From positions 5,580,001 to 5,644,000 of the forward strand of contig NC_042997.1 of NCBI RefSeq assembly GCF_006345805.1: a DNA stretch of 64,000 nt, in the 5' to 3' direction. Made by a program: the position numbers and the translations under genes. The stretch's first letter is position 1. Each line of letters begins with the position of its first letter. This document shows, piece after piece, positions 14,024-27,480 of this stretch. The notes under the pieces were generated by a model. The model searched no databases and was not told the DNA's origin. It saw only the letters and a list, made by a program, of their open reading frames with translations. The stretch is from Octopus sinensis. Lineage: Eukaryota.

Positions 14024-14404
14024 ATATATTTATTTATATATACATATACATATGTATATCTGCTTGTATATATATATATATGTATGTATGTATGTATGCA
14101 TGCATGTATATGCGTACGTATGCATCGTGTGTGTATAGGTGTATGTGTTTGTATTTGTGTGTGTGTATATGATGTTGTTATATGAATATATGACAGTCAT
14201 TTTGCCTTATTTTTTGTATGTATAAATGTCCATTTTATTGTGTATTTCCTATTTTAGATACGTTCAAATAAATTTATTGTAATATAAATTAATAGTTAAA
14301 AAACATACTCTCACGTCCAACACACCCATCGTCATCATTTTCAACATTATATACATACATACACACGCATATATATATATGTATATATATATAAATATGT
14401 ATAT

Positions 14405-14463
<59 letters not shown>

Positions 14464-14467
14464 ATAT

Positions 14468-14505
<38 letters not shown>

Positions 14506-15222
14506 TGTGTGTGTGTCTGTCCTTGTGTCTGGGTGTGTATATATATTTATATACACATACATACCTCATACATACATACATATATCATTGTTCAGAAATG
14601 TTGAAATAAAACAGAACAATGACAGACATGCATACAAATACATATATACATTCATGCTGTTTTCCATACGAACATATATTCGTACATACATACATACATA
14701 CATGCTTGCATGCATACATAAGTGCATACATGCATGAATACATACATGCATGCATATACACATACAAACTTACATACATACATACATACATACATACTTA
14801 TATAAATACATATATATAATCATAATTCAATTGAACACACAACTATACATACACTGAAAGAGCGGGAAACAGAACATACAGACCGACAAACATCTCAGAA
14901 GCTGTAAGTGGTATACTTTCATAAATCTTAGAAAGAGCTGTATTTTACTGAGTTTTTTAACTGTTTTTGTCTTAGAATAATTTCTCGTCTGTTCTTATTT
15001 ATATCCTTTGTTGCCATAAGAGCATATTTAGAAGTATTTCACATCAAGTGAGTCAGTGGCAGCAGTTTATTCTTGGATTTTTACATTCGCCTGAAAACAG
15101 TTCATTTGTTTCTTTCACTTATATTTTTTGTATGTGTTTGTTCCTTTTATTTATTTAATATCTTGCTCTCCCTCATTCGCTTTCTTTGTGTCCATATGTT
15201 TGTGCGTGCGTAGAGTGTATGC

Positions 15223-15263
<41 letters not shown>

Positions 15264-15302
15264 GCTCGCTCTCTAACTATCTATTTATCTATGTGTGTGT
15301 AT
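11613..15302 (+). repeat. Tandem duplication of an approximately 1.8-kb unit (11613-13396 and 13501-15302)
   Basis: Unique segments (catgcgcacagagagcaaacg..., ctgaaagagcgggaaacag..., gtgagtcagtggcagcag...) recur at an offset of about 1890-1905; the junction is a (TA)n tract. Confidence 0.93.
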
Positions 15303-15412
15303 CTATATTGCTTTCTGTTTCTTTTTCTCTCTCTCTCTCTCCTTGTGTATTTGTGCATTTTCTTTCTTTTACTGTCTTTCTCTCTCTCTTTGAGCGTGTA
15401 TATATCTTTATT

Positions 15413-15446
<34 letters not shown>

Positions 15447-16039
15447 CTCTACTTGTGTATGTCTGTGAGCATATCTTACTTCACGTCTTATGACTAGTTT
15501 CTTTCACCTTACTTTTATTTGCTTTCCTTTATTTATTATATTATTTTTTGTATTTTTGTAAATCTAATCAGAAATTCTGACGCTTTATTATTATAATAGT
15601 TCCAGTTAGTGGGTTGGACCACAGTGGACGTCAGTAAGCTTTGCTGGAAACGGTCATCAAAGATCATCGACCAACGAAGAATATATGAATACATTTTTGA
15701 ATATATATATTTCTTCCTTCTCGTAGAATATGATAGGACATTCGCTTCCCATTGTGTTAAAGACAAACGTACAAGAATATACGTTTATAAGACAGAAGCA
15801 GTCATGCATGTACGTATATATAAATATGAGCGTGCGTGGGTGTCTGTCTGCTTCCGTGTATGTGCGATTGTGTGTGGTGGTCTAAACAAAAGTATAAAGA
15901 CGCAATGATATATGCTAAATGCACTACAAACACACACGCACACAAATACATGCACATAGAAAAATAAACATATATCTATATACAATTTCTCTCGGTTTCT
16001 GTCTCTGTCTCTCTCTCTTTCACCCTCTCTCTCTCTCAC

Positions 16040-16183
<144 letters not shown>

Positions 16184-16203
16184 GTGTATGTATATATATG
16201 TAT

Positions 16204-16470
16204 ATGGCTGTGTGGTGAGCAGCTTGCTTACCAATCACATGTTCCTGGTTCAGTCCCACTGCGTGACACATTCGGCAACTGTCTTCTACTATAGACTCGG
16301 GGCAGCTAAAGCCTTGTGAGTGGAAACTGAAAGAAGCCAGTCGTATGTATATATGTGTGTATGTGTGTGTGTCTGTGTGTATATGTGTGTTTGTGTGTTT
16401 GTGTGTGTGTGTGTGGTGTGTGTGTGTGTATATATGTGTGTGTCTGTGTGTATATGTGTGTTTGTGTGTT

Positions 16471-16501
<31 letters not shown>

Positions 16502-16724
16502 GTGTGTGTGTGTTTGTGTGTTTGTGTTTGTACCCCTACCATCGCTTGACAACTGAAGCTGGTGTGTTTACATTCCCGTAACTTAGCGGTTCGGAAAAAG
16601 AGACCGATTGAATAAGTAATATGCTTTCAAATAATGAGTTCTAGGGTCGATTTGTTCAACGAAGGGCGGTGCTCCAGTATGGCCGCAGTCAAATGACTGA
16701 AACAAATGAAAGAATAAATGAATA
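16204..16724 (+). mobile_element. tRNA-derived SINE (CORE-like) with internal (TG)n
   Basis: Head ggctgtgtggtga..ggttcagtcccactgcg; tail ggtgctccagtatggccgcagtcaaatgactgaaaca; same family as 37116-37530. Confidence 0.85.
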
Positions 16725-16726
16725 TA

Positions 16727-17394
16727 CAGTTTGCGATGGACAAATTGTTGCCATTTTATATTTTTAATTTTGTACATGAACATCGTTTGTTTTTCATTTT
16801 GTCGACTACACGGTCGACAAAACAGAGTGTATAGTAGGATTACTTAGGCACCGTCTTGGAGGAAAACAGCACCATGACGCAATTCACTCTGTCAGAAAAT
16901 TCAATACGAGCGTTTCAGAGTGTTTAGGTGTCAATCTGCGGAAAGTGCATGTACTGAGAGTCATAAATATCAAACATCCAGGCAACATCACGGTGTTTGG
17001 AGTGATCACTAGTGATGGCAACATCATACCTCCGTTCTTCTCCCCACACGGCCTTATACTCAACACAGAGGCCTACATTAAGTACATAGAGGAGGTAGTG
17101 CTGCCATGGGTGAAGACTGAAGTTGCTGAGAGACTATGTCAGGCAACAAGACTGTGCACTATTTTACATAAGCTGGAGAACCCAGTCATGACTGTCCAAT
17201 AATTTCTGCAAACACATCACCCTAAATATCTGGCCACTTAACCCACTAAACTGCAACCCTTTTGATTAGTATGTGTGGGGTGCAGTTGATCGAGAGATGA
17301 ACAAAACTCCTTGTAACACCAAAGATGAAGTGAAGGTAAGGATTATGGTAGCAATCACCAACTTAAACAAGGTGTTGCAGTGGATTCCAAAGTC
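16727..17394 (+). mobile_element. maT/DD37D-like (Tc1/mariner) transposon remnant, truncated by a SINE
   Basis: TA then TIR cagtttgcgatggacaaattg; KHPGNITVFGVITSDGNIIPP...YIEEVVLPW; downstream QQD, ITLNIWP..CNPFD*YVWG; same TIR as 28509 (minus). Confidence 0.8.
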
Positions 17395-17521
17395 GGGTTA
17401 GTAGCCCGCGCGCTTAACCACTACGCCATATCACCGTGCCTCTAGCGTTTAAGAGCGCAGGCTACTAACCCCAAGAGTCTGTGTTCGATTCCAGGCAGTG
17501 ACTTGAATAATAATAATAATA

Positions 17522-17591
<70 letters not shown>

Positions 17592-17767
17592 CATTATTAT
17601 TATTATTATTATAACATCGAAAAATACCTTAGGGATGAGAACCCAGGTTCGAAATATCTCCAAGACACCCGTTGAAGGCTGAAGGATATATCAGCCAAAA
17701 CGTTGTGTTAACAACAAACAAGATGACGACAAATATCCGTCAAATGTAAATAATGTAAATAATGTGT
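17395..17767 (+). mobile_element. tRNA-headed SINE-like element with an inverted 5' head copy, (AAT)n/(TTA)n linker and a degenerate hammerhead tail
   Basis: 17395-17428 is the reverse complement of the head at 17438-17471; B box gttcgattcc at ~17483; tail homologous to 60410-60570; ends in (aatgtaaat) repeats. Confidence 0.8.
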
Positions 17768-18060
17768 ATACATCCCCCCCCCACACACACATAGAATAGA
17801 AGCGGTCGAGGTGGGGCATTTCGGAAGCTTTTCAGAGGCACGCTACTGGATAGAGCCCGGATATCAACAACGCGTTCCAGGCAGAGCAGCTACTTCTCCG
17901 TACTGAAGGAACATTGTTCCAACACTGCGGACAAGTGGTAAGAATATCTCGGGAAGGAATCGCTGAACAGGTACTACTGGCAAAGATTGAAAGATTAAAC
18001 ATAGATAATTTTGGTTTGGAAGCAAATTTCTTAACACACATCCACGCCTCCGTCGATATT

Positions 18061-18145
<85 letters not shown>

Positions 18146-18179
18146 TTATCTATCTATATGTCTGTCTATCTATCCATTC

Positions 18180-18244
<65 letters not shown>

Positions 18245-18335
18245 TGTGTGTGTTTCTCTATCTAGAGAACTGTGTGTCTGTATGTATGTATAAATGTTTG
18301 CGTGTATATATGTAGGTAGGTAAGTACGCATCGGT

Positions 18336-18500
18336 TTTAAATTTTGGCACAAGGCCAGCAATTTCGAGGAAAGAGACAAATCGATTACATCAACCCCAGT
18401 GCTCAACTGGCTTTTATATTATTGGACTCGAAAGGATGAAAGGCAAAGCTGACCTCGGCGGCATTTGAAATTAGAATGTAAAGACAGACGAAATGCTGCT
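18336..18500 (-). mobile_element. Nin/Deu-like SINE fragment
   Basis: gaaaggatgaaaggcaaagctgacctcggcggcatttga motif shared with 53766-53988. Confidence 0.8.
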
Positions 18501-18872
18501 TTCCTGTGTAAATTTATGTATTAGAAGGCAACACAATAGCACAGTCATTGGAAATATGACTTTGCTAGTCGTGAATATGTGCGCACACAAATACTTGTAA
18601 ATATACGTATTCATGTGTACGGGTCTACGTACGTGTTTCGTCTTGTGTGCTATGAGCATGACATTTCTGCGTGAATGAGTCTGTGTTCCGGCTTCTTGAA
18701 GGCATACTTACTAATTCATGTACATTTATTTTAACATATTTTTAAAGTTTCGAATCTAAAAGAGAACCCAATAAAATTAGCATGGGCAATTACAGCGTGG
18801 AAGACGCATACTAGTCATTGAAAACCACACAAAGCCTACTAAAATATGACTACTGAAATATTTATGGAATAT

Positions 18873-19240
18873 GTGGATGTGCAATGGCCCAGTAGGTAGG
18901 TCAGCAGACTCACGATCGTAGGATCACGGTTTCGATTCCCAGACCGGGCGTTGTGAGTCTTTATTGAGCGAAAGAAAACCTAGAGATCTACGAGGGTCCG
19001 GCAGTGGGTGGTGGTGGCCATATTCATTCACCATACCTTTCTCCCACTCTTTCTTCTGGCTTCTGTTGTACCTGCATTTCAAAGGTACAACAGATTCACG
19101 TTGAATCTCCTCGAGAACTACGGTAAGGGTACACGTGTCTGTGGAGTGCTCAGCCACTTGCACGTTAATTTTCACGAGCAGGTTATTCCGTTGATCGGAT
19201 CAACTGAAACCCTCGTTGTCGTAACCGACGGAGTGCAACG
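18873..19240 (+). mobile_element. tRNA-derived SINE (third family)
   Basis: Head tggcccagtaggtag..ggtttcgattcc; tail gtggagtgctcagccacttgcacgttaatttt..gatcggatcaactg; other copies at 38696-39036 (-) and 42750-42890 (+, tail). Confidence 0.8.
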
Positions 19241-20330
19241 ATTTATGGAACTGTGTCAGTGACTTGGTACGATGAAAATTTTAACGCCCATTAAAAAACG
19301 TTTAAGTGAAGCTAGCCATCATGAAGTTAGCACTCATGGTGTGGTTTTGAATGGTTACTATGTGACTTTATGCTATAGTTATTTTTAGCTTCAGCATAAA
19401 GTCTTAGATCAAAGCACATCGTTGGCAAGTACATCAACGTTACCAGTAATTTCTTAATTCTTTTCAAGAATATAGCTCTAGTTTTGCATTTAGTGTATCT
19501 CGAATTCAAGGCATTTCAATAATACGAAAATTCTATCATGCACGCTTCTAAGGGGATGCACTGGACGGTACCGACTCCACTCTATTCAATAGAGTACCCT
19601 CATATTTTCTATAATGCACATATTTCGAATCTCCTCTTTAGTGTTGTTGCAAATTAGTGCCCACACAGATATTCTGATGTATCTCTAGGCACAAAAAGTC
19701 TTATGACAGGCTTGGATCTTGTTATAATGCGTATATCTCTGTGTGCAGTTGGCACACATAAACGGCAAAATAGATGTATTATGGATTTTGCGTACTAATA
19801 TTTATGACTGCGATTTGTGAGCATGTGCTGTTTTTGAATACTTGTGTTATAAAGCTAAAGCTGCTAAAGACTTTGGTAATTTTTGAGCCTAAAAAGTTCA
19901 AGTTACTAATATGTTATTTTTTTTTTTAATAATAGTATTTACGTATAAACAAAATCTTATAATCATATTAATGAACAAATAAGATTGACCAGATCACTGA
20001 GCGTCTGATATTTCAGACTAAATGTATTTCAGACCTTTCATGTATGCAAATAGAAAATAAATATTTCCCATACTTGGGTTTTGCTCAACATCGTTAGGGT
20101 TGGAAAATCGCTATACGTATTTAGAGTAATCATCGGTTCTACTTTGACTGTAATCTTAGAATCTTCGACGCCATATTATTTCTCAGTTACCCGTGGTTCT
20201 AATAATACAGTTCTGCTTCGAAGCATTCAAACTGATGGTAATCAAATCTTTCAATAATATTGCTTCCTGTTGTTTCACGTACACAGAGCCGCAGTCAAAT
20301 ATTACGAGAATTAAAGCTTGAAAAAATGCA

Positions 20331-20376
<46 letters not shown>

Positions 20377-21284
20377 GACCTCTGTGTGTGTGAGTGTGTA
20401 CGAGGTGCTGCTGAAAAGTTCCTGGCTTTAAGGTATCCCGAAAGGCCTGGTTATAGACCTAGTGTTCCGAATTCATTTACAGGGCTTAGAAAAACTGAGG
20501 GGCCGATGCGATATGTGTGTTATTTTACTCATCTTTGTATGCTTTTCTCACGTGTAAATCTCATTCATATATCTCTTCTACTATAGACACAAGGCCTGAA
20601 ATTTGTGTAGAAGGGCCTACTCGATTATATCGACCCCAGTATTCCATTGGTACGTATAAGAACCCGGAAGGTTAATAGGCAGTCAACCTTGGCGAAATTT
20701 GGACTCTTATTGTAGTGCTCAAACAGCATACAGTAAGAATAAACTTCACCTACTGTCAAAAAATCTCTGGCTCACTGCTGGTAGTGAACTTCTGCAAGAG
20801 TCAAGTGAGACTGTGTACGGCTGCTTCCATAGATATAGTTTTCTACATACAATCCTCCGAGTTTCCATTCCCAAAACGTTATAGCTGTGATTAGCAATGT
20901 TTCATTAACCAACATGCTGCCAACAGTATTTCAAAAAGATGTGGAATCTTTTCAAAGTCTTACGCTGTGACAGTGGATCTATATTTTGGACCTACTTGGC
21001 TCTCTTCCTATTTCAGTTATATCAACAGGACATACTTGCCACAAATAATACTATCATCCTTATATTACTCATTCCCCATTTTAAGCATTATGTCCAATGC
21101 AGAATCTTTTCTCCCTGAAAATGGAGCACCGTAAAATGTCTTAAGCACCCACTTACTTCCTTCAAATACCAGACAACCTACCGAATATAAGTCGCATAAA
21201 TTTCAATAGTCCACCAGGACTTTCTCCTCATATTTCCCTTCCTAAGTTATAGAAACAAAATTTTATGTATGTTTGCTTGCATGC

Positions 21285-21317
<33 letters not shown>

Positions 21318-22199
21318 TGTATGTATGTATGTATGTATGTATGTATGTATGTATGTATGTATGTATGTATGTATACGACTGTGCGCATGTGTGTATAGTG
21401 CGTTTTTATCTCCGTATTTTATTACTTACACTTGATCCGTTAACTTGAAAAAGGACATTAATAAATGTGAAAATTACTCAAGTAATACCCAGGCAACTGA
21501 CCCAAATATCAACAGAATAACCAATAGTTTAAACTTCAAAAGACACTTGCTAATCTATAAAGAAGTTGAGAATAAAAAGGAAATATAAATGAAAGAATTA
21601 TACAGATATTGCAGAGAAATGATTCATTATTTGCATCGGATATATGTTTCTGTATGTAAAGAAATAAAAACATGAATAGATATTAAACTTAGAGAGATAT
21701 GGAGATATATTTGTATGTCATGAATATGCATATATACATACATACGCACATTCATTCATAAATACATTTATACACCATACATAAATACGTACGTTCTCGT
21801 ACACATGTATATATTCTTATTTATGGAATGAAATGAAAGAAGTTTTTTAAAAAAAGGATATAAGAAATTGCGAACTGCGTAGAAACACCACCCAATATCA
21901 CCCGATACATCTGCATCTCCCCCTCTCAATGAGCTCACTCTCTCAGCGAGCCTTGCTCTTACTGTCCACAATAACTATTTTCTAGTCATTACGTTATGTA
22001 ACTGTATGTCTGCAATAGTCTCGCTATCTAATCTTTTCTTTACATGTGTCAACCCGCAAAATTTTAAACTCAATATCAGCCTCATTTATCTACAGAACCA
22101 ACGACTGACCTATTTCATTGTCTTTTGACCGTAAAAAGATAGCCATCAAATTTTACTTTGTCGAGTGTAATCTAAATCCAACATTTTCCAGACTTTCTT

Positions 22200-22510
22200 G
22201 AATAATTTGGGAAGTGTTGTAAGAAGTTTGCTTTCCAACCACATGGTTTCGGTTTCAGTCCACTGCGTGGCAACTTGGACAAGAGACTTTTACTCTAACC
22301 TCGTACAACCAAAACCTGTGAGTGGATTTGCTATAAAGAATCTAAGAGAAACTCGTCGTATATATGTATATACGAATATATATGTAAGTATAAATATACA
22401 TGCGTGTGTGTATGTTTGTCTCCCATTACCGCTTGACAACCGGTATTGGTGCGTTTATATTACCGCAAATTAGCGGTTCGGAAAATAGCCCGGTACAATA
22501 AGTACCATTC
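22200..22510 (+). mobile_element. Degenerate CORE-like tRNA SINE
   Basis: ccaaccacatggtttcggtttcagtccactgcgtggc..gcttgacaaccggtattggt..tagcggttcgg. Confidence 0.75.
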
Positions 22511-23886
22511 TCCGAAAAAATCTCTTCGTCATTCATGTCTTCTAATTTGAATGTCAAATCAGTTATAAGTTAAAATTTGCGCTACGTTTAAATTCTCTTA
22601 GATGTTTGTAGTGATACATGAGTAAGGTCTATAGTTTCATATCACCGGCGGCATTTGCTCACAGAAGACGCCTCAGGTGACTTTTGAAGGCTTTATATCC
22701 TGGTGGTGATTTTTCTCTTCGAGAAAAACGTTTCAGTAAACCTTATGTTCCAGAAAGGCATAGTTTCAATATTGTATGCATACTCAAGTGCGTAACCCTC
22801 TTCAGCAATCAATTTGTTTCTCTTGCTCATAATTAGTAACCAGCTTCTAATAGCAGTGGCTCTTCCTTTTATTGCAAATCTGATCCCCGATTCATACGTC
22901 CCTAAACGGTTCCAATTTAAGCATTAAGACTACGAAAAATAATCCGAAGAGTTAACGGAATAAATTCTTGAGCTCTTCACTGTTTATCTATTGTCAGGTA
23001 TTGTTCTCGCTATAGACATTACAAAGTTAAGTGTTTTGATAATGTAACTGACATTTTCAATCACATGAATTCCAATTCAAGTATCGAACTGAATATCCAA
23101 TGTAATATTTCTACGGGCCTTTACGCCCTACTAGCTTCGGTTTCACTTGATGGTTTCTTTCACTAGATGGCGCCTCGAACTACCGGTAAATCCAATAGCT
23201 GCGACGAACAACAATTATCCCCCACAATAATGTAGTGAAAAAATAATTACCAAAAATGTACTGTTTGGTTATGGGAGGAAGTTCTATATGATTTCAATTA
23301 GCTTAAGGGTTACCAAGTTTATGATTCTTCGCCCTTTGCACCTCAGACTTGAACCATAAAAATTTCACACTCTGATCACACCCACGCACACAAGCGCTTA
23401 CGCATATACATCGTGGTGTTGATAGAAGATATTTGGCGAATGATATTGCTATTCTACTGAGACTATTGTTGTTGCTGTCAGTTAGTTAATTTGCTTGTAT
23501 TGGTTTTAGTACTGGTGGTGGGTGTGATGGCGGGCGTTATTGTTGTTAGTGGTGGTGGTGGTTAAATTGTATTATTTCGTTTAACATATAAAATAAACTC
23601 GGGTACTAAATCTCATGCCATTGTCTTTATTTCAGACGTAGTCGGTTGCCTTGTTCTGTTGATAATCATTAAGAAGTTGGTGCTTTGGTAATGGCATTGG
23701 TTGTATTGGTTTTGGTGTTCATGGTTGTTTTGTTGACGTTGATGGGAGTGGCGGTGGCGAAGGTTGAATTCCATAGACAGCGAGAAAGGGAGAGAGAGAT
23801 ATACAGACAGAGAGACGGAGACAGACAAAGACAGATACAGACAGACAGATACATTGCTAGCTAACTACCTAGATAGACAGAGTGAC

Positions 23887-23917
<31 letters not shown>

Positions 23918-24678
23918 CATACATACATACATACATGCATATTCGCAGGGAAATTTTCCACCAACGAAACCGTATGTGATTATGGGAATACATACATAAA
24001 TACATACATACATAAACATTTGCATAGACGCAAGTATTCCTATAATTACATAGATACATACATGTTCACATACATACACACATACATACTTGTATTCGAG
24101 TGTATGTAAGACTGAGCGTGTATTTACTATGATTTGTTGTTCTAGAATTTTGCTCATATCGATATTGTTTAAATTTTAAGTTTGCTAGATACGAATATTT
24201 GCGGCATTGACTGTTAGTGCTTGCTTTAATCAGTATCAAATTTGTATAAAAAATATCAGAAATCTAAGTTCGTTGAGCGATTAATCATTTGGATTGAAAT
24301 TATTTATCTGTGCATATGAGTTGAGTTTTATAATTTGATTCACACAGTGTCTATATATACGACAGATTACATGTCTCCTGTTACATGTCTACTGTTTCTC
24401 TTACATGATATTGGAAAATGGAAATATATAAAAGTTTTATGCATATTTCTACGTAAATGAGACAGTACTGGCTTCTACAGTAAGCATAGAAAATTCTAAA
24501 GTATTTAGTTAGCTTTCACTGCACTCATCAGATATAGAATTATAGCTATAATATCGAGCTTTATGAGGTTTACCATTTTGTTTCTAGTAAACTACCCGAC
24601 ATAATGAGATTCGTAACAAACACAGTCACACACACTCACAACCACCGGTTCGCGCTCTACATTTATACATAGGTGTGT

Positions 24679-24715
<37 letters not shown>

Positions 24716-25889
24716 TACATATATCATATAAACATGTGTATGTATGTGTGTGTTTGTGCGTGTGCGTCTACGTGTATGTATGTATGTATGTATGTATGTC
24801 CATATGAATATGTGTTGTTTTCTGTTTAAAATTCGTCCTCCGTAGAAGGAACTGTTTTCTAACAATGATACAGAAGTTCATCGTTATTTTTACTGTTCTA
24901 CATACAGATTGCATTCGAAATGTGTGATATGGTTGATTTCTTTTTCTGCGAACAGTAGCTTACCTAGATTATCTCTTAGGCATTAGCTCACAAAACCAAG
25001 AGCACCTGATATTATGGGTATGAATGTGAATATATAATCTGCATACAGGAGCTGAGACTTTCGAAACAGTTGTCCATAGTTATCCTCTATAACTCTACGC
25101 ATGCAGGCATGAATGTATGAATGAATAAATGTATGTATGTACGTATGTAGTATGTATGTATGAATGTATGTATGCAGGTAACACATGTATGTAAGTATCT
25201 GTTGTGTGGACGCCCCCAGACGAAGTAGGCTAGTCCAATACGTAGATATAGAGGGAGAAGTATAAACGTCAGAATGGAGTAGAGGTCATCCGAAAGTGCG
25301 ATATAACAGTGCGAACGAGGATTTCGTAGCTCACACATCCACTGTGTAGTATTGCAATATAACAGTATGTATGCATGGATTTGCATTTATATATTCATAA
25401 ACGCACGCAAAAATGCATTTGTATATACCTAAACACATATTTTAAGCATTAAAATTCACTTGGGTAGGGGCCGATTGCAATGAATCATGTAGTGTTATAT
25501 TCATAAACAGCCATGGTCGTATATGATATCATAAAATAGTTTTGCACCAATAAGAATATCGGCAGGTGTGTGCGCGGTGTATTCACGTGCACGTGTGCAT
25601 GTGTGTGTTTGTGTGCGTGCATGTATGTGTGTGTGTGTTCCATGTTAATCATTTTGAAGTAGCTATCACTGAAAAAAAATCTACACCACAAAATAAAGCC
25701 GTATGAGTTCTCTACACATATTTACTCTGCTTATGTTGTTTCACAATACCATTAAGGAATAATACTGAACAACTACAGTGATTTTTTTTTTCAAAAATCA
25801 AACGGAGAATTGGCCTATGAACGGGACATTAAAAAGATGTACGTTTGCATGTATTCCCTGATGATATGTGAATATTATTAAAATTATTA

Positions 25890-26014
25890 AATGTTATTAT
25901 TATTAGTGTTATTATGTTATTATCATCACCATCGTCATCATCATCATAAATATTGATTTTTATTATTGATGTTGTTCTTATTATTACTATTATTATTATT
26001 GTTATTATTATTAA

Positions 26015-26046
<32 letters not shown>

Positions 26047-26067
26047 TATTATTATTATTATTATTAT

Positions 26068-26115
<48 letters not shown>

Positions 26116-26117
26116 CA
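25890..26117 (+). repeat. Compound (ATT)n-(AGT)n microsatellite
   Basis: Direct reading; explains most of ORF 25953..26231. Confidence 0.9.
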
Positions 26118-26152
26118 GTTATTGATTTTTTTATTTGTTTTTTTTTTTTCAG

Positions 26153-26236
26153 TCATAATGTATGTCACCAACGACGTCGAATGCACTCAAGTACACTTTG
26201 TGGTCAATCGAAACAGGTTTCAGTTAAGTGAAATAG
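26153..26236 (+). CDS. Candidate internal coding exon (84 nt, phase 1-1), product unknown
   Basis: Strong acceptor ttttttttttcag|; donor ATAG|gtactt; only one frame is open across it: (x)IMYVTNDVECTQVHFVVNRNRFQLSEI(G..). No partner exon was found. Confidence 0.35.
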
Positions 26237-26900
26237 GTACTTATTTCTAATTAAAATATACATTGAATATGTCTGACAGTATGTAGGTGGTGCATAAATA
26301 TATATGATATGTTGTTGATGGTTTTGTTTTCGTTTATTTTATTTTATTTTTTTTTGGTTATGTTTTTAGTGTAATCTACACATTAGATTACTTAACGAAA
26401 TGTTATGTTTCTTGTTGTTGTTATTGTCGGTACTTGTTTCTCTATCTTTTGTGTCAAACAATCGAATAAACATATGGAATTGAATCTAGTTTGAAGATCT
26501 CATTTAAATAGTGAAAGTAAATAACATTCAAGCTTCAAGCATACGTAAATTGCAAAAAGGAAACTGAAAGTGAAAGTTACCATGTGTATGAGCGTATATG
26601 TACGTGTGTTAGTGTATGTGTATGTGTGGATGTATTGCATATATATATGTGTGTGTATGTGTGTGTGTGTGTCGGTGTATGTGAGTGTGAAAAACGATAG
26701 CTACTTGAAAGAAGACCTACACGAACGTATTCACAACTTTATTCACATAAACACATGCGTATACACAGACACACACACATAATCTGAGAGAGGGACGTAA
26801 ACATACATGTAGAAACGTACACACTACTACAGATATGAGCACAGAATCGTGTGCGAACTATGTATGTGTGACCGTGCATACATACACATATATGCACGTA

Positions 26901-26969
<69 letters not shown>

Positions 26970-27069
26970 TATATATATATAGATATACATATATCATTAA
27001 ATATGTGTATGTATAATATATATATATATATATATAGATAGATATACATATATCATAAATATGTGTATG

Positions 27070-27100
<31 letters not shown>

Positions 27101-27152
27101 GAGAGAGAGAGAGATACATATATCATTAAATATGTGCATGTATATACATACA

Positions 27153-27195
<43 letters not shown>

Positions 27196-27264
27196 CATAT
27201 ATCATAAATATGTGCATGTATATACATACATATATCATTAAATATGTGTATATATATATATATA

Positions 27265-27302
<38 letters not shown>

Positions 27303-27480
27303 CATATATATTTGAATATATGCTTGTATATGCAAATATATTTACAAACAATAAAATTGGACGCAGTATAGTAGTCATTATTCAGTTACATATGCATATA
27401 TGTATGAATACATATATATATATATATATGTATACATATGTGTGTGTATACATATACACACACATATAAAGGGAGAGAGA

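Noticed and set aside
15590-15790. Unique GC-balanced stretch and ORF 15609..15908 as a possible exon
   Set aside because: No convincing splice-site pair or protein motif; could be UTR or regulatory but is unsupported.
17438-17502. Possible tRNA-Ser gene (and other tRNA-like heads)
   Set aside because: No acceptor stem or complete cloverleaf; these continue into SINE bodies.
22620-22920. Minus-strand ESGIRFAIK (also LSFCRE..DFIM at ~39280-39430) as RTE endonuclease remnants
   Set aside because: Plausible but too decayed to bound or support by eye.
23636-23780. Hydrophobic MALVVLVLVFMVVLL.. after a ttatttcag acceptor
   Set aside because: Looks like a decayed (GTT/GGT)n microsatellite and runs into (GA)/(GACA) repeats.
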